NCBI RefSeq assembly: GCF_036321535.1
Contig: NC_087437.1
Span: forward strand, 122,080,001-122,144,000
Length of the DNA stretch: 64,000 bases
Direction: 5' to 3'
Origin: Camelus dromedarius
Lineage: Eukaryota
The notes beneath the pieces are model-generated. The model saw only the letters and a list, made by a program, of their open reading frames with translations, was not told the origin of the DNA and did not search any database. Below are positions 1-11,900 of the stretch, piece by piece. Position 1 is the stretch's first letter. Each line of letters starts with the position of its first letter. A program made the position numbers and the translations under genes.

Positions 1-385
1 GCTGGAGATGATGTCCTGAGCTGCACCCTTGGGCTGTTTTGCAGCTACTGAAACCCCAGTGGGGCAGTGGGGTTGGCTGCACGCCACCCACCAGCTCGCA
101 AACCCCAGACCAACTGGAACCAGAAGCTGATGACTGCGAGTCCCAACAGCACGGCTCCCTCACCACCAGCCAGTCAGGGAAATGCGCACAAGCTGATCGC
201 ACAGCCTGCGGCCCCCTCCCTCACCGTCCTTAAAAACCCTTCCTCAAAAGCCGTTAGGGAGCTCGGGTCCTCTGAGCACGAGCTGCCCGTTCTCCTTGCT
301 GGGCGCCTGCAGTAAACGCTGTGCTTCCTTCACCACCACCTGGTGTTGGTGGCTTTGCTGCCCAGCGGGTGAGCAGACCTGAGTC
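1..385 (+). mobile_element. ERV1-class LTR, 3' part (truncated by window start)
   Basis: LTR layout: TATA-like ccttaaaaaccc (~228), R-like gagctcgggtcctctgagcacgagctgcccgttctccttgct, polyA-like agtaaa (~311), U5-like tail; family recognised from memory only. Confidence 0.65.
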
Positions 386-401
386 TTCAAGAAGTTTTTA
401 G

Positions 402-493
402 GTGGGAGGGTCTAGCTCAGGGGCAGAGCACGTGCTTAGCATGCATGAGGTCCTGGGTTCGATCCCCAGTACCTCCATTAAAATTTAAAAAAA
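402..493 (+). mobile_element. tRNA-derived SINE, camelid vic-1-like
   Basis: gggagggtctagctcaggggcagagc (A box) ... ggttcgatccccagtacctcc (B box), A-rich tail, degenerate flanking duplication aagtttttaggt/aaggttttaagt. Confidence 0.85.
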
Positions 494-506
494 GGTTTTA
501 AGTGAT

Positions 507-1445
507 ATTTTTATGGTAAAATATACACAGCATAACGCTTATCATCTCAACCTTTTTTGGCTGAAGTATAGTCAGTTTACAATGTGGCGCTAGTATCTGG
601 CGCAAGCATCACGTTTCAGTCATACCTGTACATGCATAAGTTCCTTTTCATGCTCTTTTTCATTGTAGGCTATTGCAAGGTGCTAAGTCTAGTTCCCTGT
701 GCTGTACAGTAGGACCTTGTTCGTCTATTTTACATATAGTGGTCAGTATCTGCAAACCTCGAACTCCCAATTTATCCCTTCCCACCCCTTCCCCACTGAT
801 AACCATAAGTTGATCTTCCGCATCTCTAAGTCTGTTTCTGTTGTGTAAACAAGTCCATTTGTGTCTTTTTTTAAGATCCCACATGTAAGTGATGTAGTAT
901 TTTCCTTTGTCTGGTGACTTCACTTAGAATGATGATCTCCAGGTCCATCCATGTGGCTGCAAATGGCATGCCTTATTCTTTTTTATGACTGAGTAGTGTT
1001 CCATAGTGTGTATATACCACATATTCTTTATCCAGTCATCTGTCAGACCATCTCAACTGTCTTTAAGTGCTCAGCTCAGTGGCATTAAGCACATTCACAC
1101 TGTTGTGTGCCCGTACACCATCCACATCTCCAGAACTTTCCATCCTCCCAAATTGAAACTCTGTCCCCACTAAACACTAAGTCCCCATCTGCCTCCCACA
1201 GCCCCCGGCCCCCACCGTCTGCTTCCTGTCTCTGTGGCCCCGACTCCTCCTGGTACCTCACAGAAATGGACCCAACTGTGTCTGTCCTCTATGCCTGGCT
1301 TGTGTCACTGAGCACCACGTCCTCCAGGCTCATCCACGAGGTGGTCTGTGTCAGAACCCCCTTCCTTCTGGGGCTACATGATAGTCCATCGTGTGGGCGG
1401 ACCACGCTTTGTTTATCTTGTCACCCGTCCATGAACACTTGTCAA
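507..1445 (-). mobile_element. Old L1 (L1MA/L1MB-like) 3' end, split by a younger L1
   Basis: ggtaaaatatacac...catctcaac|tgtctttaagtg...cagtggcattaagcacattcacactgttg...ccagaactttcatc resembles an L1M 3' UTR in reverse orientation. Confidence 0.75.
552..1048 (-). mobile_element. 5'-truncated lineage L1 3' end with target-site duplication
   Basis: T-run then gaagtatagtcagtttacaatg...; TSD catctcaac at 543-551 and 1049-1057; similar to the reverse complement of 50816-51495. Confidence 0.85.
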
Positions 1446-3120
1446 TTTACACTATTTTCTTCCTGAAAAGGTAACACATGTACTTAGATTTTTAAACGTT
1501 CAGGTAAAACAAACGACACAGAGTGGAAAGAAAGTCTTCCCACCACATGGACCCCCGACCCTTGCAACAGGACTGTAAGACGCAAATGGGCCCAAGCCCA
1601 TGCTGTCCGGCTCCTCCCGGCCCCTCCCTGGACTCCCAGCAGGTGTGGGCCTGGCCCTTATGCTGTCGCTGACCCTCAGGGGCAGGCTGGCTGCTTCCCG
1701 GCTGAAACCTGCACCGTGGGCCTGCGGAGGGGCTGCCGGGCGAGCAGCGGCCGCCCGCGGGTGCGTCTCCCAGGCCCCGGCGGAAGCCGACCTGCTCAGA
1801 CTCTGGTCTGTGGACGAGGCTCGGCAGTTTACCAAGATCCTCCACTTCGTCCCATTATTTGTCTGGACTGACTCAGCCTTTCATTTCCTCTCGTCTGTGC
1901 TTATTTCCTTTTCTCGTTTTAAAATTCTGTGTTTCTTTCTCTGTCTGTTCTTCTCGCTGGAGTTACCAGTGTGTCTAGTTATTTTATTGCCTTTTTCCCC
2001 CAAAGATGTGCTTTTAGATTTTCTCACTGTTCTGTTACGTTTCTGTTTCGGTTGCTCCATGTTTATTTTTATTAATCCTTTCTTCTGTTGTAAGTTTCGT
2101 TTTCACACTTACCACCGTGGAAATCAGCCTCGTTCACATCCACCCGTCACCTTCGGTGAGGCAGGTGCTTTAAGACGCGCCTTCTTGAACATGTGGGTTA
2201 ACCGTGTCCCAGCGGCTCTAGTGTTTTTCTTTATATATTATGTTCTAATTAGCCTGTCTCTGGAGCCTTGGTTCATTTGAAACCAGTGAATAGTGGAGAG
2301 TTTGGTGGGGGTTCCTTGTAGATTCTTTCCCCCTGTTTTCATTATTAATGGTTTTTTTTTTTTCAGTATTTTTGCACTTAAACTACAGAACGCAGTGTCT
2401 ACATTTACTGAGGTTTTCTTTGTCTCCTTAAACACTCGAAGAGAAAAATGTACCCTTTTCTCAGGGTGAGGAATTCTCAGATAAAACCATTAATCTCCAA
2501 GGTCTGACGGGCCTAGAGACGTCGGTGCACGAGGTTTCCGTTGCTCTCGGGAGCGACACCACCACCTGGAGGCCTGCGGGGTCGCCGTCGGGGCCTCGGC
2601 CTGTTTTCTGCCTCCACTTGCCTTGGACTGAGGAGCGAATCAGAGCCTTTGTTGCTTTTGTGTTTCTGTCCTTCTTTTACTTGCTGTTTTGCTTCGTGCC
2701 CTTGGACGCTGTTCTCTGGTTCTTGTTCCTGCCTCCTTAGCGTGACCCCAGCCACCGTGACCTGCCCTCCCCTCCTGGTCTCGCCCTGTCCGTCCAGCCT
2801 CCACCACTTACCTCCTTCCAGCCATGCTTCCTATAGAAAGACACGCTTTCCCACACATCCTGCCGAGGCCGTGAATGGGAAGAGGAGGCCCTTACTGGGG
2901 GGTGGGGAGGTGCAGCCGAGCAGGACCCAGAGCTTGCTGCAGGGCCTCGGGCCCTGCCCAGTGGGCACCCCCGAGTGTCCTGGCCAGGACACCCTCAACT
3001 CCCCATCGGGGCTGATGTTGGAAAGGAGTTCTGGGGTCCCCAGCCCCACATGAGAATTACAGCCACTCCTGGTGAGAGAAGCGGCCACTGGGCAGAGCTG
3101 CCCGCTTGCTGTCAGCTGGA

Positions 3121-3165
3121 GCCACCTGGCCCCACCTGGCCCCACCTGGCCCCACCTGGCCCCCA
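3121..3165. repeat. 10-bp tandem repeat (CCCACCTGGC)x4
   Basis: Directly visible. Confidence 0.95.
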
Positions 3166-6100
3166 CCAGCCCCAGGCCTATGTCCCCATCCCCAGAACGC
3201 CCCTGCATGCAGACGAACAGCGTCCTCCTCTCCCCTCCACCCTCCCGGCTCCAGCTCTCTGCTCAGGGGGGGCGTGTGGAGGCCGCGTCCTCCCAGTGAC
3301 ATGCTGACCAGGGTCTCCTCACGGGTTCTAGCCCCTCGTGCCTCTGGTCATGAGGGTTTCAGTGCCAGTGGCTCTCGGTTGTGGACGTGCCGAGACCTGG
3401 CTGCTGTCACTGCGCAGAGAGGGGAGAGAAATTACGCGTGTGTACCTTCAGCTGTCTTTGTCGGCCCTGCATTCTTCCCCTTCGGCGCGAGTGGGGGCAG
3501 TGGGGGGGTGCCCTCTAGGACGGAGTTTCCAGGCGGCCCCGCCTCTGGGCTGGACGTGAACTGCCGACGGCAGCCCGCAGGCAGGAGCCTCCACAGCCCC
3601 GTGGCCTCAGAGCTGGGGTCACGCTCTGGTCCTGTCCCGCCTTGCAAGCCTGGGAGCAGGACGGGGACAGGGCATGGGGCACAGGGGCGGGGTGGGGGCG
3701 GGGCTCCTCCTTACAACAGGCATCCCAGCAGCAGGCACACCCTCTACGTGCCGACAGAGAGGAGGAGCTGGACCAGTGTCCCTGCTTGCCCGCCCGGATG
3801 AAGGCTCTGGGCCCCTCCACCCACGGGAGAGCATGGCCCACGGCCAGTGCTCGGCTGAATCCCTCGGACACGGGCCCTGAAGTGGAGCCGGGGGAAGCCT
3901 GGGAGGTCAGCCGCCCGCTGGCCCTGGGAGGAGGTGGCTGGGGTGGGCCGTGTGTCTCCTCTGAGGAACCAGTTAGGGGCCGCCCAGCCAGGACGCCCAG
4001 GAGCTCCCTCCCTACTCTGTGGGCACGTCTGCGGCCACCGCAGGGAGATGGGCCCTGCCACCCACAGCTTAGGTGTCCTTCCACTGCGTCCGACCTCACA
4101 GCTCAGCTCAGGGGCCGGGTAATGGACCGGGTGCAGGCCCTGTTGTCCGGCAAATCCTTCACTGAGTAAACTGGTGTGTGACAGCCTCCCCCAAACCCAG
4201 GCAGGCAGGGCCCCAGCTGAGGACTCGGGCCAGGGACAGGCCTTGGGGCCTGGCTCTCGTGGTCCTGTCACCCCACGGCCGCCACTCTCTGCCCTTGTGG
4301 CCATCTGGCCCTTCACGGGAAGGCTGTGCACGCCGCGCCCGCCCAGCTGTGTCAGGCCCCCCAAAGACAGGCAGTGAGGAAGGGCCCTGCCCCCTCCTGG
4401 AAGGCCCTCCCCGCATGCTGCCCTCCCCTGCCCCCTCCCAGCAGGTCCCACAGAGTGGGAAGGAGGCCGTGGGCTGGGGGGGGCGACGGGGGACACCGAG
4501 CCCCGTTCCTGCTCCAGCTGCTGCCAGAGGAAATCTGAACTAAGGCTCCCTCTGGGAAATGCTCTTAGTGAGAAAAACAAGCTGAATTATGACTAAATTA
4601 GCCCTTTCCCCAGCCATCTGTGCTCCTGGGGGTGGGCTCTGTCCCATCCTGAAGTGTTTTTAACAGACGAAGTTGGGCTCAGTGGACGCTTTGTCCGTCA
4701 CCTGTCCCCATCCCGACGCTGGGTCGCGGGCCCCAGCTCTCATGTGGGGTGGGTGCTGTCCACGGATTCCAAGGGTCCTGGGACTGTCATCAAAGCACAC
4801 GGCTGGGGCCCAAAGACGCTGCACATTTCCGTCCTGGTCCTGCTTACTCAGAGCCCGGCAGTGTGCGTGGCGTCGGGGCAGAGACGCCCTGCCCGGCGGC
4901 TCCGAGCTCCCTGGCGCCCTCGGTCCCCAAGCTGCCGCGCGGCTCAGAGGCGGAGTGTCTGCAGATGGACTGCCCGCCAGGAGCACGGCTCGGACTGTCC
5001 CTTTTCCCGTCACCCGGACGTTTTTGCTTCCATCTTCCCAGCCTCACACGGCAGCTCCTCTGCAGGCCGCATATGTGTGTCCCCAAGCCCTGGGCCCTCA
5101 GCCTCTGCCTGGAAGCAGCTCCTTCATCCACCCCTGCCCTCTGCAGGGACCCGGGCCCCCAGCTGCGCACCCCGGGGACGAGTTTGCTGCCGAGAGAGCC
5201 CACGCGCAGAGGACGGGAAGCACCCTGACGTCCTCGCGCTGCAGCCACCACGGCCAGTTGAGGGAGGTTCTCTCCTCACAGCCGGGGGTGGGGCTGGCCT
5301 GGGGAGGCCCAGGTGTGTGTGCAGCAGGGCCCGGGTGTCTCCAGAAAACCCTCACTCACAGGGCAGAAGCCCTGCAGCGCCTGTTGGTGGAGACTGGATT
5401 TTTACGTGAAAACTCACATTGGTAACTAATTGAAAAATTTTACCACCAGGCAGCGCCACCTGGGGGCTACGTCTCCCCGAGGAGGTCATGTGCCCCCTGG
5501 ACACAGGGGCCTGAAAGCGTGGAGGTGGCTTCCGTCTACGCGAGGCGAGGCCAGGGGCCCACATCCTGGAGGTGGGGTCAGTGAGGAGGTGGGATGGGGC
5601 AGTGTGTGGCTGGAGGGTGGGAGCCCCACAGGCCGCGGTGTCCCCATGGGGGTGCCTTGGCCCGCCCCCCAACCCAGCAGGGCCTCTGGAGAACCACCGG
5701 GTTCTGGCCCGAGTCCGACTTCAGAAATGATGGCAGGGCAGCCCCGGGAGGACCAGGGAGGAGAGAACAGAGCAGCAGAGGAAGAGGGCCTGTTTCTTTC
5801 CCAAACGGCCCTGGTGGGTGTGGCTGGCCCGAGGTCTGGGGGCCCAGTCCAGGGTGGGTCGAGGAGGCTGGGACAGGGCCGCCACCTCCTTCTGGGCAGG
5901 CAGGGTGCCCGGCCTGGCCAAGCCACCCAGCTGCTCACGTGAGGCCTGGCTGGCGCTCTGACAGCAACTCTGGGGCAGGCAGAGGGGCGAGGCCCCGTGG
6001 GGCTCTGCACAAACCCTGCTGAGTCAGGCAGAGGCCGTTGTCTCGCTGCCTCCGGGAATGGCCACGGTGCTCAGCCGCACTGCCCACGGCTCACCCCCCA

Positions 6101-8609
6101 CCCCGCTCCCGTGCCCACACCCATGGGGCCCCAAGTTGCAGACACTGGGCCCCGAGCGGCCCCCAGACAGGCAGCCCCTCCCTGCTTCCCTGTGTCCTGG
6201 AGTGTCTGCTCCTTATTACATGTGGGGCTCCTCCTGCTACATGAGGTGGGTGGGCGCTGTGTGGCATCCAGTGCTGACAGTGGCACCTGCAGCTCCTGTC
6301 CTGGGCTCAGACCTGACCCGGGGGCCACCACGTTGGGTCAGGCTCGTGTCCCGTCTCCAAGATTTCCGCAGAGCGGGCACTCTGTCTGCTTCCTGGGGGA
6401 AGATGAGGACCCCAGACCCACGATCTCGGGGACAGGCAGGGCCAGGGAGCCCGGCTCGCGGGAGGGAAGCTGAGCGGGTGGCGGCGGTTCCCTGGCCTTC
6501 TCCTGAGGATGGCGGGCAGTGCACCACGCGGGAGGAAACGTTTTCTGCCTCCGGTCTCCCCGAGGAAACCTGCCCTTGGCCGCAGGGCAGAGCCAGCTCC
6601 GAGCACAGAGGATGGCAGAGACCCGCAGGGCCCGCCGGGGTGCAGCCTGGCTCTGGTTCCCCGTTTGGGTGCCGGGCGCCCCAGCCATGCCGTCCGGCTC
6701 AGTGCGTTTCTAGTCAGTTCACAGAGCTGAGACAAGGATTCAACCAGTCCTGCAGTCCCAGGCCCGTCTGTGTTCCTTTCTCACCAGCTTTCCCGGCTCC
6801 ATTAGTTCCTATTTACACCCTAAGGACCCCTCGGGAGGAGGTCCAGCCAGATGTGAAATTGGGCCTGACTGTCTGAAAGTTTGGCAAAAACCCAGCCACC
6901 CCGTCTCAGCTGCACAAGCTCACAGTGGGGCGGGAGCCGACGGCAGGAGGGAGGCCCCTGCCCTTGGTCTCCTGGGTGTGCATCTGACCTTCAGTAAACA
7001 CGCAGTGAGGACCCGGAGGGAAAGCGTCACAGAACAGATAACCCGGGGAGAGGGCGGCCTGGAGGCAGGGCAGGGCCGGGCGGCAGGACGGGCTTCAGAG
7101 TCCGCCTGAGCAGGTCTTCTGCCCTGCAGCCCTCTCCGGGCCAGCCGGGGCCAAGTCCTGTTTCCAAGCAGCCCGTTAACTGAGAACCCGGAGCTGCCTT
7201 TGCTTTCTGGTGGGAAAGCAGGGGAGTCTGCTGGGAGAACACCTGGGTCGCGGTCAGAGCAACTGATGCTCCAGCCTGAGAGCCCTGCCCGCCGGGGAGG
7301 AGGGGCTGCCGGGGCCTCGGTGAAGGCACCAGCAACGCAGCTGAAAAAACGCTTACAGCCGCGGCCTGGAGCTGTAAAGAGGTCAGCCCCGCCTGGGGTC
7401 CACCGGGAAGGCGGAGCACAGCGAGACACCTGCTTCCGACACAAAGACCCCAGGGAAGCACAGGAGCCTAAGGACAAAACTGCACGGGGAGGCGGGACTG
7501 GAGTGGGGCCGGCGTCGGGTTAGGGTCCTCTGCCGGCAAGTTGCTCGCAGGGGACCACGGGCAGGCCTGGCTGTTAAGCACCACGTGTTCTCATGTTTGT
7601 AAGTGAGATTTCATTGTTTCTTTTCTATTGTCTAAACGTGTGTTTATTTTAAAAATCAGAAAACAGAGATGAGCACAAAGGAGAGAGGCTGAACTTCGCC
7701 CTCATGCAGAGACACCCCGGGCTTTGCCTTCTTTCCTTTTAAAAATATGTGAACTGGGAGGGGGGCTCCCGGAATTGCAGTGGGAGGAGCTCAGAGGAAG
7801 CCTGCCCTCGAAGAAGCACCCGGGGCCTGTCAGGATGAGCAGGGGCGGCCTTTCACTTAAGATGCATTTATTCCACAAAACCTACAGGGGCTTAGCAAGA
7901 CCGCAGCCGCGGCGTTTGGGGAGGAGGGGGTGCACCCGCCCCGCTCTGGGTCGTGTAGAAGCCTTCCGGGGAGCTCGGCAGATCTGTGGCAATGCCCGTC
8001 TCCCGGGTCCTGGGGCGGAGGAGCCAGCATGGCCTCCGGGGCAGGGGCTGCCCGTCCCCCTACCCCATAGGTCCCACTGTACAGGGAGAATCCTGCCGGA
8101 GCAGCTGATGAAGTGAGGCCCTCCCCCAGCTTCCATTCCAAAGCCCAGAGGGTCTGCTATTCTGGACTTTATTTGGTCAGACTGGGAAGGGCCTGGGGGG
8201 CACAGCCAAAACCGAAGCGCACCCAGCTGGGGACAGCAGCTGGACACGGGGCCAAGCCAGGCAGGAGGCCTTGGTGAGTCATTGCCACTCCTGGTGGCCG
8301 TCGGGCTGTGCGCGAGCTTGGGGCTGTGCGCTTCCAGGGGCGAGCAGAGAGGGGGCTTCTGAGCGACGAGTCCCTGGCTGAACACAGGCCAACTGTGAAC
8401 AGGGCCCCAAGTGTGACAGCAGCCTCCCAGCCACACGGACCCAGCAACCAAAGGCGGAGCTCTGCTGGCTGCTGGCTCGAGGGCTCGAAGCCAGGCTTAA
8501 AGAGGACAGCGGGGGGCGCAGACAGTGCCGCAGAGGGACAGGCTTCACTGACTCAGTCCGACCACGTCACTGAACAGACAAGGCGCTGGGCAGGGGGTGG
8601 AGTCAGTGT

Positions 8610-10390
8610 CCATGACCAAATGTCCAGTTTTCAACAAAAAATTATGATACGTGCACAGAAACAGAAAAATGTGGCCCACGGGGGACAGGAGGGCAGGCAG
8701 CAGAAACCCCCTGCCGGAGCCCCGGTGTGAACTTGGCGAAGTTTGACGGCAGTTGTTACAAAGCGGTTGAAAAGCAGGGTATTATATGCATACGTTCAAA
8801 GAGCTGAAGGAAACCGTGTTGAAGCTTCGAACAGTGAATATGAAGAGAGACGTGATCAGAAAGAGCCAAACGGGGGAGGGTGGAGCCCAGCGGTTCAGCA
8901 CGCGCTGAGCGCCTCCATTAAAAATAAACAAATGAACCGAATTACCCCCAAAATAAAAATTAATTAACTAATTAAACATCAATAAAAGAACCAAGGATGT
9001 TAGGCTCGGTGTGGTGATCACTGCAATACACACAAATATCAGACCACCACACGGCACACCTGAAGCCAACACTGCGCCGCATCAGTGAGGCCTCAGAGAC
9101 CAAGAACCTCCGGGTGGAGAATCTGGGGCTGAAAGGCGTCATAACTGAACTGAAAGGCTGACCGGAGGGTGCCCCGCAGGTCTGCGCCGACAGAGGGAAG
9201 AGCAGTGCGCCTGAGGCCTGATCAGATGAGATCATTTACCTCGAAGAACTGAAAGAACGGAGGCGGGTGGACAGAGACTCAGGGAGACGTGGGCACAGGT
9301 CCACGCACCGCCCTGTGCGTGACGGGAGCACCAGAAGGACGGGGGAGAAGTGGGAGAAACAGTCAAGGAAAATGGCTGGAAACTTAACAAGTTTGATGGA
9401 AAACACTGCTCTGCGTGTCCAAGAAGCCTCACAGATCCAAACAGGATAAACACAGACAGACCCACACGCAGACACATCGTGGTCAAGCCGTCGAGGCCTG
9501 ACAGTTCGGACTTCAGTATTTTTAAACAAGGAAATACTTTCATTGTAAAACTAACCTGAGGCAGTGGAGGGCGGGGCTGCGTGGAGGGTCAGGAGCCTGA
9601 TCCTTCAGGCAGTGGTCTGTCCTCGGTGCCACCCTGGGGGACAGGGCCCGTCTGTCCCCAGACGGGGGCTAGAGTGCCGTAATGACAATGTAGGTAGACT
9701 TCAGAAACGAGGAGGCTGTCTGGGCGCAGCAGCCATGTTCTGCAGAGGCCGGGATGGGGCGGGAGCCCCGGGAGAGAGAGAGAATTTAGAAAACAGTAGG
9801 AGAAAAATGACTGTCACTTGCAAGGGACCCCCAGCAGTACTGACAGTTGACTTCCCATCAGAAACAGAGGCAGACAAATGACATGTTCAACGTACAGAGA
9901 GTAAAACCTGTCAACCAAGAATCATACCCAGAAAAACTATCATTCAGAAATGAAGGTGAAAAGGATACTTGCAGGTAAACAAAAACTGAGAAAGTCTGTT
10001 GCTGGCAGACCTGCTGCACAAGCGATGCTAAAGGGATGTCTCTGAGCTAAAGGCGCCTGACCCCACACAGTAACTCAGGTCCACACACACACAGCCCAAG
10101 AGCACCCGTGAGCTAACTGCTTAGGTAGTTGTCCAGACAGCATCGCTGCACATTTACTCTCCTTTTCCCCGACGGACTTGAAAAGTGCTTGCAGAAAACA
10201 ATGCCTATAACACTGTGTTCGTGAGCCTGTAGCTCCTGTGACCATGTGACCCTCGACACTAAGGTCCCCAGGGAGAGCGGAGGGACTGCCGCTGTGCTGG
10301 AGATGGCGACCCCTCAGATCACAGGAAGAAAGGAAGAGAATTAAAAGTGATCAACAGATGGGTTAGCACAAAAGCTCAGTGAACATCTAT
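8610..10390 (+). mobile_element. Ancient L1M 5'/ORF1 relic, GC-drifted, containing a SINE insertion
   Basis: A-rich ORF1-like blocks (acagttgacttcccatcagaaacag; tgtcaaccaagaatcatacccagaaaaactatcattcagaaatgaagg; gcagacctgctgcacaagcgatgctaaagg); no intact ORF. Confidence 0.7.
8872..8985 (+). mobile_element. Internally deleted vic-1-like SINE
   Basis: ggggagggtggagcccagcgg...gagc|gcctccattaaaaataaac; lacks the B-box segment present in 402-493; TSD-like aaagagccaa (8860-8869) / aaagaaccaa (8985-8994). Confidence 0.7.
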
Positions 10391-10439
10391 CTGCTCCCCT
10401 CACGGTCCTCCGGAGGCCGCGGGCACCCCACCCCCCGCT

Positions 10440-11900
10440 CACCTGCTCTGCCCTGGAAACCGCACCCGGGCTTTGCGTCCATCCTGTTGTCGCACACTCT
10501 GTTGCGTTTTACCCTCCCCACCACACACACACGTACTGCGGAATTTTGCACGTTTTAAACGCAGGTAAGTGGAGTCCTTCTGAATGCATTTTCTAGCATT
10601 TTCCAGTGACTGTGTGTGCGGCGGCTGACACTGTGGCCCAGGTGTTTTCATCACCAGACGGTGTTCCGGTCACTCGCCTGCTCTGCAGCTAGGAATCGGG
10701 GTTGTGTCCAATTCTGCTCGGTTTTTGCTGTTACGAAGTTCACTGATAGAAACGTCCCGGGGTCTCCACGCACAAGGTTTGTATTTCGTAGGAAACACTG
10801 GTATTTGGACAGCCTCCCCACAGCTAACGAAGACGGTCACGGCGGAGGCCACGCGGCCCTGCCTGGCTGCCCAGGGGAGGCCCTGCGGGGCGCACCTGCC
10901 GCAGGGAGCACCTGCCGTCGGGCGCTGCGTCTCGGCTGGGAGACTCCCGGGTGTGTGCCGGTGCAGTTGACTGGATCCTGGCAAGTCTCTTCCCAAAACC
11001 TCTGCCCCCATCAGAGGAGGGTAAGGGCTCTCTGGGATTAGGCGGTTCCTACGTGTCCTTCCCCTGTGGGTACAAATTCCTACTGTGGTTTTAGCTTGCA
11101 GTCCCCCGATTCCTGAATGGCTGGGCCTCCTCCCCAGGACGCCCGCTCCCGACTCCTGCTGGCTTCCCGCCGGCCCGTCTGCCGCTCTCATTACTGGCCG
11201 GGGTGGGGGGGGGTGGTCTTCAGCTGCTTGGAGGCCGACCATTTGTGGGTGAGTGTGCTGTGATCACATCCCCAGTTTGTGGTTTGCTCTGGAAATTTTC
11301 AGTGTCTTTTGATGTTTAACGTCAACGAGTCAAATTTATCGATCTCTCCTTGACGGCTTGTGAACTCTGTGTCTTGCTGGAGAAATTCCTCTCTCACCCG
11401 GAGTTCGGGTCTGTGTTGTCGGTATTTCCTCCCCCACAGCTTTCCGACAGCACGTGTGCCTGCGTCCTGGCCCTGGCCCCGCGCCGGCTGTGCGGTGGGG
11501 CCTCCCGTGCGGACACCCTGGTTTTCACGGACACGCGCATGTGCTTCCGGACGCAATCTCGTTAGCAACCACGGACGGCCCGCCATCCCGGGCCCTGGAG
11601 GCCGGAGCCCCTGGCTTCGGTGCCCTTCGTCCTGGTGAGGTCCGCGTGCATTACGAGGCAGGATGGTTAGCTTTGCCTTGACTCTTCAGACAGCTGTGGG
11701 GCTGAGTCTTCCTGTGCACAGTGAGTTTATCTCTTTTAGGTCTTCTGTAATCTCTCTTAGTCACACTTAAAATTTCCTTTATCTGATCCTCCACTGGTGC
11801 TGAATCTCTGGGTACTTGGTACACGGTGCTGCTGACTTAGAGGATGGTCTTACCGTCCTTTCTCTAGCTCCCTACACAGGGGCGTTTGTATCCTGTAGCT
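10440..11900 (-). mobile_element. Degraded L1M ORF2/3' relic
   Basis: Blocks such as gatgtttaacgtcaacgagtcaaatttatcgatc...tgtgtcttgctggagaaattcctctctcaccc resemble reverse L1 ORF2 relics. Confidence 0.55.

Noticed and set aside
402..480. tRNA gene
   Set aside because: A-rich tail, flanking duplication and imperfect stems indicate a tRNA-derived SINE.
1600..2280. 226-aa ORF with an apparent multi-transmembrane C-terminus
   Set aside because: The hydrophobicity comes from T-rich low-complexity or probable repeat-derived DNA.
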